Assembly (NCBI GenBank): GCA_951406725.2
Contig: OX597835.1
Location: forward strand, 12,214,001 to 12,278,000
Origin: Octopus vulgaris
Taxonomy: Eukaryota
Direction: 5' to 3'
DNA: 64,000 nt
Shown here: positions 52,682 to 64,000 of the stretch, piece after piece
Layout of the letters: every line of letters begins with the position of its first letter
Numbering within the stretch: the first letter of the stretch is position 1
Notes under the pieces: generated by a model
Databases searched by the model: none
What the model saw: only the letters and a program-made list of their open reading frames with translations
What the model was told of the DNA's origin: nothing
Program-made: the position numbers and the translations under genes

Positions 52682-53593
52682 GCGAAATATAACTGCAAAA
52701 ACTCAGAGTAGTTGGAACGGTGCAAAGTAGTGCAAAGTATGGTTTTTAACTCACCTGAGTATACCATAACTTTAAATTCACTTGTTATCACTTTTTTTTT
52801 TTGTATACATTGCGAAATATAGCTGCAAAAACTCAGAGTAGCTGGAACGGTGCAAAGTAGTGCAAAGTATGGTTTTTAACTCACCTGAGTATACCATAAC
52901 TTTAAATCCACTTGTTATCACTTTTCTTTTTGTATACATTGCGAAATATAGCTGCAAAAACTCAGAGTAGCTGGAACGGTGCAAAGTAGTGCAAAGTATG
53001 GTTTTTAACTCACCTGAGTATACCATAACTTTAAATTCACTTGTTATCACTTTTTTTTTGTATACATTGCGAAATATAGCTGCAAAAACTCAGAGTAGCT
53101 GGAACGGTGCAAAGTAGTGCAAAGTATGGTTTTTAACTCACCTGAGTATACCATAACTTTAAATTCACTTGTTATCACTTTTTTTTTTGTATACATTGCG
53201 AAATATAGCTGCAAAAACTCAGAGTAGCTGGAACGGTGCAAAGTAGTGCAAAGTATGGTTTTTAACTCACCTGAGTATACCATAACTTTAAATTCACTTG
53301 TTATCACTTTTTTTTTTGTATACATTGCGAAATATAGCTGCAAAAACTCAGAGTAGCTGGAACGGTGCAAAGTAGTGCAAAGTATGGTTTTTAACTCACC
53401 TGAGTATACCATAACTTTAAATTCACTTGTTATCACTTTTTTTTTTTGTATACATTGCGAAATATAGCTGCAAAAACTCAGAGTAGCTGGAACGGTGCAA
53501 AGTAGTGCAAAGTATGGTTTTTAACTCTCCTGAGTATACTCTAACTTTAAATCCACTTGTTATCAGTTTTTTTGTTTTTTTTTTTGTATACAT
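52682..53593. repeat. Tandem array, 128-130-bp unit x7
   Basis: Units begin gcgaaatata at 52682, 52812, 52941, 53069, 53198, 53327 and 53457; length differences lie in the poly-T run. Confidence 0.97.
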
Positions 53594-53683
53594 CCGCACT
53601 CGAGAAGCCTGTACACGCCATCTTTTGAGAGTGAATCTGATTGAAAATATTTCTCCTTGACAGATCGTCCTAAGTAAAACATC

Positions 53684-54232
53684 ATCGTTACGACGACGAC
53701 GGTTCCAGATGATCCGATTAACTGAACAGCCTGTTTGTGAAATTAACGTGCAAGTGGCTGACCACTCCTCAGACACATATACCTATTTCTTTACTACCCA
53801 CAAGGGGCTAAACACAGAGAAGACAAACAAGGACAGACAAACGGATTGAGTCGATTACATCGACCCCAGTGCGTAACTGGTACTTATTTAATCGAACCCG
53901 AAAGGATGAAAGGCAAAGTCGACCTCGGCGGAATTTGAACTCAGAAGGTAGCGGCAGACGAAATACCGCTACGCATTTCGCCCAGCGTGCTAACGTTTCT
54001 GCCAGCTCGCCTCAGACCCTTAATGTAGTTCTTGGGGGAGATTCAGCATGACACAATGTGACAAGGCTGGCCCTTTGAAATCCAGGGTACTACTCATTTT
54101 CGCTAGTTGAGTGGACCGGAATAACTTAAAATAAAGTGTCTTGCGCAAGGAGGTAACATGCCAGCGGATATCGAACTCACAACCTAACAATCGTGAGCCG
54201 AGCATCCCAACTACCAAGTCACGCGCTTTCAC
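53684..54232 (-). mobile_element. Family A' SINE split by a family C insertion (53784-54012)
   Basis: A' runs to ..agacacatatacc and resumes acccttaatgtagtt after a complete C1 copy. Confidence 0.85.
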
Positions 54233-54749
54233 ATATCAGCCGACAAAATAAAATGCTAAAAATTGTTTATGGATTTTGCTGTGGCACTATACATGGTTAT
54301 TAAACACACACACTGATACACTCACGTTGCATATATCTATTCCTAAATCATGAAGTATTGGTTGTCTCTCCAGACTTTTATATCATGCCATCAATCTTGT
54401 ACCATTACGTAAATAAAGTACGATTATGTAAATGAAGTACCAGTTATCTAAATGATACCACTGTGTAATAATAACATTATGTAAATTCACTATTTTGTAC
54501 CGTTATGTAAATGAAGTTTTACCACTTCGTGCCCCGACATTGTTATATATTGTAATCTTTTGTAATTATTTGGAATTCAATTAAGAAACTTGTGAATAAT
54601 CTTATCAGAATATCGTAGAATATGCAGAACACATAAAAGAAGGTTTTTTTTTTATTGTTGTTCTTAATATATTTATTATAGATTATTAATTGGTTGGACT
54701 GAAAGTAAGCCGTACAAGCTTTTCATTATATATAATTTTATCACCCTTT

Positions 54750-54763
54750 TTTATTATTATTAT

Positions 54764-54844
<81 letters not shown>

Positions 54845-54913
54845 TACTACTATTATCATCATCATTATTATTATTATTATTATTATAATTAGTATTATTA
54901 TTATTATTATTAT
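54750..54913. repeat. (TTA)n/(CTA)n microsatellite
   Basis: Direct reading. Confidence 0.92.
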
Positions 54914-55555
54914 TTTGCCTTTACAGTTTAATCAAGATACTATCTTTACATCAACTTTACAAACGTGACAGAATAAAAAGTAAGAATGATGTTTATTTTT
55001 TTAATTTTTATTTTTACGAAAAGTGATTATCGATTGAATTACTATTATTCAATCACTAATTTTTATTTTTTTTTTACAAAAAAGTAGTTAAATAAATAAA
55101 TTATAATTAACGTTTTCTTGCGTTTCTCTACAAAGAAACTGTCTGGCAAAGAATTAGAATTCTACAGAATAGCTTGTTGTTGACGCTTTAGAAATAAACC
55201 GAAACTTCGTCAGCTACTAGAGAAAAAAAATAATAATGGCCGCTGTCCAATGACTAAAATAAATAAAAGCAAATAATAAAAAGGAACTGGATGTAATTGA
55301 CTGAAACCAATCACAAATCTGGAAGCAAACAAATCGGCTTTTTTACTGTGAACTTTTGTGTAATAGATTTTTATGACGTTATATCAAGGCTTTTTACATT
55401 ATCGATAACCACTTGCAAATTAGTGCTAGAAAACAGAAATTGAAATTAAATAATATTTTAAAAATGGAAATACAAAAATGACTAAATGTAAAAATCTTAG
55501 ATTAATAGCGGTTTCTAATTTTGGCACAGAACCAGCAATTTCGGAGGAGAAGTGT

Positions 55556-55619
<64 letters not shown>

Positions 55620-55914
55620 ATTTGGCTCAAAAGCAAATAGCAAGGCGATGTAGGGGGACATGGAGTTAAGTACAGGGTGGTGTTCATGTAAAGAGTTCAG
55701 GCCACTTGAGGTCAAGGGAGGCTTTGAACAAAGCGGTCGTCGGCATCTTCACCATCTCGTCTAGCAGCTTGTTCCACGGATCCGCAACCCGGACGGAGAA
55801 AGCTCCTCTCCTTCGATTGAGATGAAATCGTCGCAGGTAGAGCTTTTCGGAGTAACCCCGCAGCCGACGCTCTGGAGCAGGAGTGAAGAACAACTCTTTC
55901 GAGGGGTTACACTT
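55556..55914 (-). mobile_element. CR1-clade LINE 3' end, second copy, inserted in a family C2 SINE
   Basis: Near-identical to 42079-42395, with a (GTTA)n tail; host C2 at 55510-55555 and 55915-56073. Confidence 0.88.
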
Positions 55915-56124
55915 AACATCGACCCCAGTGCTCAGCTGGTTCTTATTCTATCGATTCCGAAGGATGAAAGGCAAAGTGAGCTCGGCAGAATTTGAACTCA
56001 GAACGTAAAGACTAGCGAATTACTGCTAAGCGTAGAGTCTGGCATGCTAACGATTCTGCCAGCTCACCGCCTTGATTAATATACAGGGTGGCCCAAAAGT
56101 AGGTTTACAGGGCGCGATATCTTC

Positions 56125-56320
56125 AAAGCCTGAAGTTTTCGAGGAGCGGACTAGTCGAATACATCGACCCCAGAGTTTCACTGGTACTTAATTTATTCAC
56201 CTCGAAAGGATAAAAGGCAAAGTCGACCTCGGCGGAATTTGAACACAGAACGTAACGGCAGACGAAATACAGCGAAGCATTTCGCCTGGCGTGCTAACGA
56301 CTCTGCCAGCTCGCCGCCTT
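56125..56320 (-). mobile_element. SINE family C2
   Basis: acatcgaccccag..ctggtactt..gtcgacctcggcggaatttgaac..gccagctcgccgcctt. Confidence 0.85.
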
Positions 56321-56410
56321 TGTATAAGTTGTAATAATGACGCCAAACCAAAGAGTAATATTTCAAATTCATTTAATATGTACGTTTCGGATTTACTTTA
56401 TATATATAAT

Positions 56411-56794
56411 GTGGAGGCGCAATGGCCCAGTGGTTAGGGCAGCGGACTCGCGGTCGTAGGATCGCGGTTTCGATTCCCAGACCGGACGTTGTGAGTGTTT
56501 ATTGAGCGAAAACACCTAAAAGCTCCACGAGACTCCGGCAGGGGATGGTGGTGATCCCTGCTGTACTCTTTCACCACAACTTTCTCTCACTCTTACTTCC
56601 TGTTTCTGTTGTACCTGTATTTCAAGGGGCCGGCCTTGTCACTCTCTGTGTCACGCTGAATATCCCCGAGAACTACGTTAAGGGTGCACGTGTCTGTGGA
56701 GTGCTCAGCCACTTACACGTTAATTTCACGAGCAGGCTGTTCCGTTGATCGGATCAACCGGAACCCTCGTCGTCGTAACCGACGGAGTGCTTCC
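56411..56794 (+). mobile_element. SINE family A, full length
   Basis: TSD atatatataat at 56400-56410 and 56795-56805. Confidence 0.93.
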
Positions 56795-56941
56795 ATATAT
56801 ATAATATGGAATGTATCCATCTGGGCGTCCTGTGGGACGACCAAGATAGAGATAGATGCATCCATTGCGTAAACTCCCAAAATATCTTAAAATGTTTTAA
56901 CTGTGGAAGGTTGACGCAATGTTTGCCTTTTCTGTTTATAA

Positions 56942-57016
<75 letters not shown>

Positions 57017-57107
57017 GTTTATGATTTAAGTACATTCATATGCATAGTACATTCACATAAATACATTCAAAGCAACTCCGATGGGAACTGTACCACATAT
57101 TCTTATC

Positions 57108-57332
57108 TATTCTAGGCATAAGGCCCGAAATTTTGTGGGAGGGGCCAGTCGATTAGATAGACCGATGCTGGTGTGTTTACGTCCCCGTAACCTAGCGGTT
57201 CGGCAAAAGAGACCGATAGAATAAGTGCTAGGCTTAAAAAGAATAAGTCCTGGGGTCGGTTTGCTCGACTAAAGGCGGTCCTCTAGCATGGCCGCAGTCA
57301 AATGACTGAAACAAGTAAAAGAATAAAAGAAT
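57108..57332. mobile_element. Family C2 tail (minus) fused to a 5'-truncated family B tail (plus)
   Basis: Junction at gattagatagaccgatgctgg near 57162. Confidence 0.8.
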
Positions 57333-57437
57333 ATAATTTCCTATTCCTTTGGCATTTACTTAATATTTTATTACGCTCTGTACTTGACATGCATGCATAC
57401 ATACATAACTATCAATGCTTATCTATCTTGATATATA

Positions 57438-57474
<37 letters not shown>

Positions 57475-58479
57475 GAAAAGTTTTAAAACTATACCAAAAT
57501 AAAATTACATATACATCACAAAACTATATATTTATGTGTGTGGTGCGTGTGTGTGTGTGTGTGTATTCTAGAGAATGAAGAAAAATTAATAGTAACGCTA
57601 TGAAAGCTGTTCCGCACTTACGAAATATTTATGCGCTGACAGAGTTGGGGGTATGCGTGATCGTTGACAAAGTATAAACGATATGCCGTCAGCAGAATTA
57701 TATCATTTGTACTAGACGTGTTAAATATTATTGTCAAAACTATTACCGTTCAAGGTGAACAAGTTTAAAAATATACGATTCTAAAATGGAATGAAAAATA
57801 CTCTTGTTGCTTCTTGTTGTTGTTCTTTTGTATTATATATATATATATATACTTGTGAAGTTATCGGAATGAAATAATTTAAATTTAAAGTTTATAAAGA
57901 GTAATAGGAAATATATTGAAATGGCTTAGAGCAGCTTTATGCAATAGTGTAATTATATATTCGCAGCTTGAATTTATAACTGTCCCAACAGGTGAAAACT
58001 GGTCACATTTTTCATTTTACATTGTAATGGAAACGTTAGAAAACTTGTTATTCTATTATGAAAATACACCTGCATAAAGCGAAAATGAAACACGTATATA
58101 GATAATTATAAATTTTGTTTTGATATATATAGTTTTAAAACTTTTATATTTATTCTTGATTAATTATTTCTTTAACTTAATGAATTTTTTTTTACAAACT
58201 ATGATCAAATATTTGTATTCAGCTAGCTGATTAATAAAAATTATTATATTAAAAGAATTAAGTCGAAAGGTGACTACAAACATTTGAGAGAATAGTTGCC
58301 TGTGTGGATAGGGTAGCACCGACTTTGTAGTTGAAACTGGCAATGTACTGTGTGCGGATGTACAATACAGCTAAATCAATTCATGGTCAATTCCATATAG
58401 TTGTAATCGGTTACAAATTATATAGAGATCTAAATGCCGGACAATTCCGGAATTTGTGGGGAATTAGTCTAAATAAACA

Positions 58480-58790
58480 AGCACCAACATGCTGAAAACG
58501 ATGAAGATCGTTTTGGGGGATCGGCACTTAACAAACAGCTTATTATATGGAAAGGTATTGTTATTAACAGAAAGCATCAAACAACAGAGATTAAATTGGT
58601 TTAGACGGTTTTTGCAAAGAAACGATGAAATTGTCCGTCAAAAATTGCTATGGAAACCAGCACATGAAGGGGTATGTATGCAACGGCTGCTAAAAGACAC
58701 AAACCTTGAAAAAAACTCTGTGTTGCAGAGATGATGGAGGACAAGCTAGAGCAGAGGAAACTGGTCAATGGGATCTGCGTGCTTTTGGGG
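58480..58790 (+). mobile_element. RTE-like LINE 3' fragment, degraded
   Basis: TNMLK..RHLTNSLLYG..TESIKQQRLNWF..QRNDEIV..LLWKPAH resembles the RTE/RTE-X ORF C-terminus. Confidence 0.65.
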
Positions 58791-58982
58791 GGCTAGGATT
58801 ATAAAAGATTGTTAAATAGAAATCTAGTACCACGATATACATAACCACAAAACCTATGAAATTACGCTCACTTTGTGTTATATGCTCTGACTCAAATTAT
58901 AAATCAAAATTTCAAATCAAACATTTTTACATCCAATAAATTCTATCACGGCTTGTGAATGTCCCTCACAGAGGTAAGATAC

Positions 58983-59190
58983 AAGGCGGCAAGCTGGCAG
59001 AAACGTTAGCACGCCGGGCGAAATGCTGAACGGTATTTCGTCCGTCGCTACGTTCTGAGTTCAAATTCCGCCAAGGTCGACTTTTCCTTTCATTTTTTCG
59101 GGGTCGATAAATTAAGTACCTGTTACACACTGGGGTCGATGTAACCGAGTTAATCCGTTTGTCTGTCCACTCTTGTGGACAATAAAGAAA
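58983..59190 (+). mobile_element. SINE family C (C1 tail)
   Basis: TSD taagatac at 58975-58982 and 59191-59198. Confidence 0.9.
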
Positions 59191-59506
59191 TAAGATACTT
59201 TGATGTACCATGGTAACATATACTGAATTTTTAAAATATATAAATATTACGTGTAGTAAAGATTCTTGAAAGATAGAACAGTCAAAAGTCGAAACAATAA
59301 GATTTAAATATAATTCAAATATTTTCGGTTGTCGGTTGAGGTTGGCATCGTATATTTTGGTTTCACTCATGAGTACTCTTTCTTTCATCGGTGTTAGTAT
59401 TTAAGCCAAATTCTGGAAATATTTTTTTAGTTTTTTTAGTTATTATTGTTCACATTGTTGTTATTGAAGTTGATGTGTTCTTCCTCGCTGTCAAATCATG
59501 CTTTTT

Positions 59507-59576
<70 letters not shown>

Positions 59577-59580
59577 AATG

Positions 59581-59650
<70 letters not shown>

Positions 59651-59653
59651 CAT

Positions 59654-59708
<55 letters not shown>

Positions 59709-60181
59709 TGAGGAGGAATACATGAGAATTCCAAAAGAATGGATGTTTTTGCTAAAATATTTTATTTGCCACGCTAATGGAAGAGTAGATAGAACTGGGT
59801 TATTTCACCGATAATTTCCTTTCTAAATATTTGTAAACGGATTGACTTTTCACAAAACGAAGTTCAGTCTTTTAAGACAAAAATCTCTTGCATTTTAAAT
59901 GCGAACGAATGCACATTTACGACAATCATGTCTGGTTTCAAAGAGTTTTTGCCACATTGAACAAACGATAATTGTACCATCAGAATGCGTCGTCGTCTGA
60001 ACTTGTTCAATGATGTTCTTCACAGTCGTAAGATGTATTCATTTAGTTACATTGGCACAAGGTCTTTTAAACTGTATAGGTTTGTGTGAAGTATGTTTGC
60101 TGAAAATGCTGAATCACCGATAAGAAACATTTAAAAAAGAATACCCACGTTGAACAACACACAAGTATAAACATTCAAAGT

Positions 60182-60296
<115 letters not shown>

Positions 60297-60318
60297 TGTA
60301 TGTATGTATATATGTATG

Positions 60319-60352
<34 letters not shown>

Positions 60353-60515
60353 TGTATGTATATGCATATATATGCATATATGTATTACATATACATGCAT
60401 ATATATATATATATGCATATATATAAACATATATATATATGCATATATATAAGCATATATATATGCATATGTATATACATATACATATATGCATATATAT
60501 CTGCATATATATATA

Positions 60516-60650
<135 letters not shown>

Positions 60651-61168
60651 TGTATGTGTGTACAAGCTTAGTAATATCCTCTTGTGTGATATATAAATTT
60701 ATATAAATCACCCATAAAGTTTATTTACCTCGGCGTATGAAGAGCTAGCACAATTGGATCCCATAATTTTCTTATCGAAATCATAAAATTTGTGACTGAT
60801 ATAACCAAATAAACATTGGGGAAATATACAGAAAAAACGTTTTATAAAAATTTGTAAACAAATAACAAATAAATTATGTTTATAGTTTTTCTGTGGCACG
60901 CTATAATATTGAGCAGAAATTGGAAATATTTTGGCTTTAAAGTATATTAAATTTATAAAGAAAAAATTGCTTGAATTTGCAAAAGAAATATCAATGAGAA
61001 CAATAAAATGCAATTACTGCGGGTAAAACGTACAATTATCTTCACTTGGTCTTATTTAATATATTTTTTTTTAAATAGAATCTTGAAATAATTCATTTCA
61101 TTAGATATAGTTTTTGTGCATGGTAAGTGTCCAAATGAAAGATATATATATATATGTAATTATGTATG

Positions 61169-61216
<48 letters not shown>

Positions 61217-61217
61217 T

Positions 61218-61284
<67 letters not shown>

Positions 61285-61304
61285 GTATATATAATATACA
61301 TATG

Positions 61305-61363
<59 letters not shown>

Positions 61364-61828
61364 TTTCTCCTACATCGGAATCTGTTTTAGTTTCTCTATT
61401 TAATTTTGAAACAAAATCGAAGATAAAAACTATGCTAGATTAATGTATAATTTATTCGATTTTCCCCTGATTTTCTTAATCTGTTATTTCTAACATTTAT
61501 GGTATAATACTAAATTTTCACTGTTGGGTTTTACTGCTGCTATTATTTTCATGTACCTGTCGTTGATGGGGATTTTTGTCCAAGTTTGTGCAGTGTGGAC
61601 TGATAAATTCAATATATTATTTATGTATAGTTTGGGGAGGTTCGTTGTTGCCAATTGTGAGAATTACACATTAAAAAACGTCGTCGAAATGCAGAAATAT
61701 GGGAAAGAGGGTTATAACATGAAATCATGTTAGACACATGGGCAACAGAGAAAGCTCTTTAATATCATGAGTAAAACTGAGTAAAAACTGAAGTAGCTGA
61801 TATTTAAGTTTGCCACTTTGAAGACGGA

Positions 61829-62180
61829 GTGAAGGAGGTAGCTGATAAATTTCTGTCCATTCAGATTTTAGCGCTTGTCGTCGGTAGTCTGGACAAGAAA
61901 GCGAATAAATGTGATTCCGAGCAGATCTATAAACTACAGCCGCCACTTATGCGATACGTCGTAGAGAAGGTGAGCAGTAAACCTGTGGTCAGCAGTGCTT
62001 TAATCAATCTGGATCAATCGAAAGCTTTTGATAGGGTCAACCCTTGCTACTTTGCGGTTGTTCTAAATGCAGCCGATTTTGCTCCTCGGTTTCACAATCT
62101 GAACTACTTTATTGTGCAAAGTTTTTTTACTCGATTGTCAAAGTAAATGGCCTCTGGTCGGAATTACTTCGAATCTCAGG
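61829..62180 (+). mobile_element. L1/Tx1-type LINE reverse-transcriptase fragment
   Basis: LMRYVVEKV..ALINLDQSKAFDRVNPCYFAVVLNAADFAPRF matches the non-LTR RT D.xKAFD.V motif in its L1/Tx1 context. Confidence 0.78.
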
Positions 62181-62213
62181 AGCCTATCTATCTATCTAAC
62201 AAGACAGGCAGGC

Positions 62214-62306
<93 letters not shown>

Positions 62307-62652
62307 CGAGTTTTTCCCTGTGAAATAGACGTCAGGATGATTCTATTATATAAATTCTAATTCTATCGAAACGGTTCGTGCAAATCACAAATTTGTTGTC
62401 TGTGTACGTATCCAAGCAGTTGAAATTGGGCGCCATGCAAATGACCCCCTAACCTATAAAAAGTCAGTCTGCACTTGAAGAATCTTTTGCGTACCTTTCA
62501 GTCAGTTGAGAACTCTGAGATGATTGTTTGGTTATTAGAGTCCTTCCTTCATCAATGAAGTAACACTACACAAACCGTTTGTGCATCTAATATGAAATTC
62601 CAATCACGTCACTTGTACTCCAATGCAAGTTGTTCCCAAAAAGTCTCCTAGG

Positions 62653-63066
62653 AGGAGTGGCTGTGCAGGAGTGGCTGTGTGGTAAGTAGCTTGCTAACCA
62701 GCCACATGGTTCCGGGTTCAGTCCCACTGCGTGGCATCTTGGGCGAGTGTCTTCTGCTATAGCCCCGGGCCGACCAATGCCTTATGAGTAGATTTGGTAG
62801 ACAGAAACTGAAAGAAGCCTGTCGTATATATGTATATGTATATATATATATGTATGTGTGTGTTTGTGTGTCTGTGTTTGTCCCCCTAGCATTGCTTGAC
62901 AACCGATGCTGGTGTGTTTACGTCCCCGTCACTTAGCGGTTCGGCTAAAGAACCGATAGAATAAGTATTGGGCTTACAAAGAATAAGTCCCGGGGTCGAT
63001 TTGGTCGACTAAAGGCGGTGCTGCAGCATGGCCGCAGTCAAATGACTGAAACAAGTAAAAGAGTAA
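62653..63066 (+). mobile_element. SINE family B with short 5' duplication
   Basis: aggagtggctgtg occurs twice at the start; remainder full length. Confidence 0.92.
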
Positions 63067-63099
63067 TAGCTTGCCGAAGTCCAGCCGACAACCTCCCTA

Positions 63100-63265
63100 G
63101 TTGTGACATGGACGGACACCAAGCTGACGTCATTGCTTCTGACGCTGTTAACATTCGGCTCCACATGGGGTGTTACCTGGCTCCATAAAGGCTGTCCGTA
63201 CGCCGAGACAACACTGTCACCCTCATTCTGTGTGGTTGGTATCTGCGCCTACGAAACTTTATGTA
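63100..63265 (+). mobile_element. Possible decayed Gypsy-type gag N-terminus
   Basis: Frameshifted peptides DAVNIRL(P)...AE...LCG..VSAPTKLY loosely resemble the AVxxKLPPFW...EAQF...TKF pattern of Gypsy gag-like proteins. Confidence 0.3.
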
Positions 63266-63295
63266 ATGCGAAGTAGGATAAACCTATGAACATAC

Positions 63296-63438
63296 TGGCT
63301 TTGAATTTTAACCTGTGGCCACCAATTTCTGGGATGCGGGTAAGTCGATTGCATCGACCCCAGTACACAACTGGTACTTATTTTACCGCCCCCGAAAGGA
63401 TGAAAGGCAAAGTCGACCTCGGTGGAATTTGAACTCAG
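63296..63438 (-). mobile_element. 5'-truncated family C2 SINE
   Basis: gtcgattgcatcgaccccagtacacaactggtac..aaggatgaaaggcaaagtcgacctcggtggaatttgaactcag. Confidence 0.85.
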
Positions 63439-63467
63439 GACACAAAGACAAACATATCTAGATTGTG

Positions 63468-63520
<53 letters not shown>

Positions 63521-63539
63521 ATATATACGTATATATACG

Positions 63540-63639
63540 ACAGGTGGTGTAGACAACAAACAGATGTATTAGTATAACGCTCGGGAAGTGAAAAAGTATT
63601 TAACGTTTCGAGCCTACGCTCTTCCACAGAGGGAAACAA

Positions 63640-63640
<1 letters not shown>
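63540..63640 (-). mobile_element. Penelope-like terminal remnant (family E)
   Basis: Minus strand ctgtggaagagc-gtag-gctcgaaacgtta..ttcccgagcgttatactaatacatc; between microsatellites. Confidence 0.55.
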
Positions 63641-63707
<67 letters not shown>

Positions 63708-63904
63708 AAGAGAGAGCTATATAGATACATACATATATACATATATATATATATGTATGTGATAGAGAGAGATGGATAGAAAAAGATGTAAATATATGCT
63801 TACAGATATACATATTTATATAGAGACTGACAGACACACACACGCGCGCGCACACATACACATATATATACATCTATATGTATCTATCTATCTAACAAGA
63901 CCGG

Positions 63905-63937
<33 letters not shown>

Positions 63938-63940
63938 AGG

Positions 63941-64000
<60 letters not shown>
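63905..64000. repeat. (GACA)n/(GATA)n array
   Basis: Direct reading. Confidence 0.95.

Noticed and set aside
52682-53593. CRISPR-like appearance of the tandem arrays (also 8935-9289)
   Set aside because: No unique spacers, no cas genes, eukaryotic context.
59345-59395. Minus-strand ccgatga...gaaac spacing
   Set aside because: Stem II does not close next to the core and stems I/III are unconvincing.

Overview
AT-rich eukaryotic intergenic or intronic DNA. It is very probably cephalopod (Octopus-like), an inference from the SINE families and the extreme (TA)n/(TATG)n/(GATA)n/(TAA)n density. No intact protein-coding gene can be supported, and almost every ORF in the supplied track is a microsatellite or SINE artefact. 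The window holds dozens of copies of tRNA-derived SINEs (called families A, A', B and C here), many with target-site duplications (TSDs) and often nested in one another. It also has 3' fragments of CR1, RTE, Dong/R4 and L1/Tx1-type LINEs, mariner remnants, two TIR-bounded non-autonomous DNA elements and several tandem arrays. The least obvious signal is a dispersed set of about 10 minimal type I hammerhead-ribozyme (HHR)-like motifs of the Penelope/retrozyme kind, mostly next to (TA)n tracts. Three share a CCGA(U/C)GA variant core, and one sits downstream of a tRNA-derived head plus (TAA)n. Also notable: a TSD-flanked SINE with an exact internal 209-bp re-copy, a TSD-flanked SINE with an A head and a different (GAA)n-ending tail, and a three-level nested insertion involving a GG..CC MITE with an 8-bp TSD that carries TTAGGG repeats. 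All calls were made by eye; no searches or folding programs were run.
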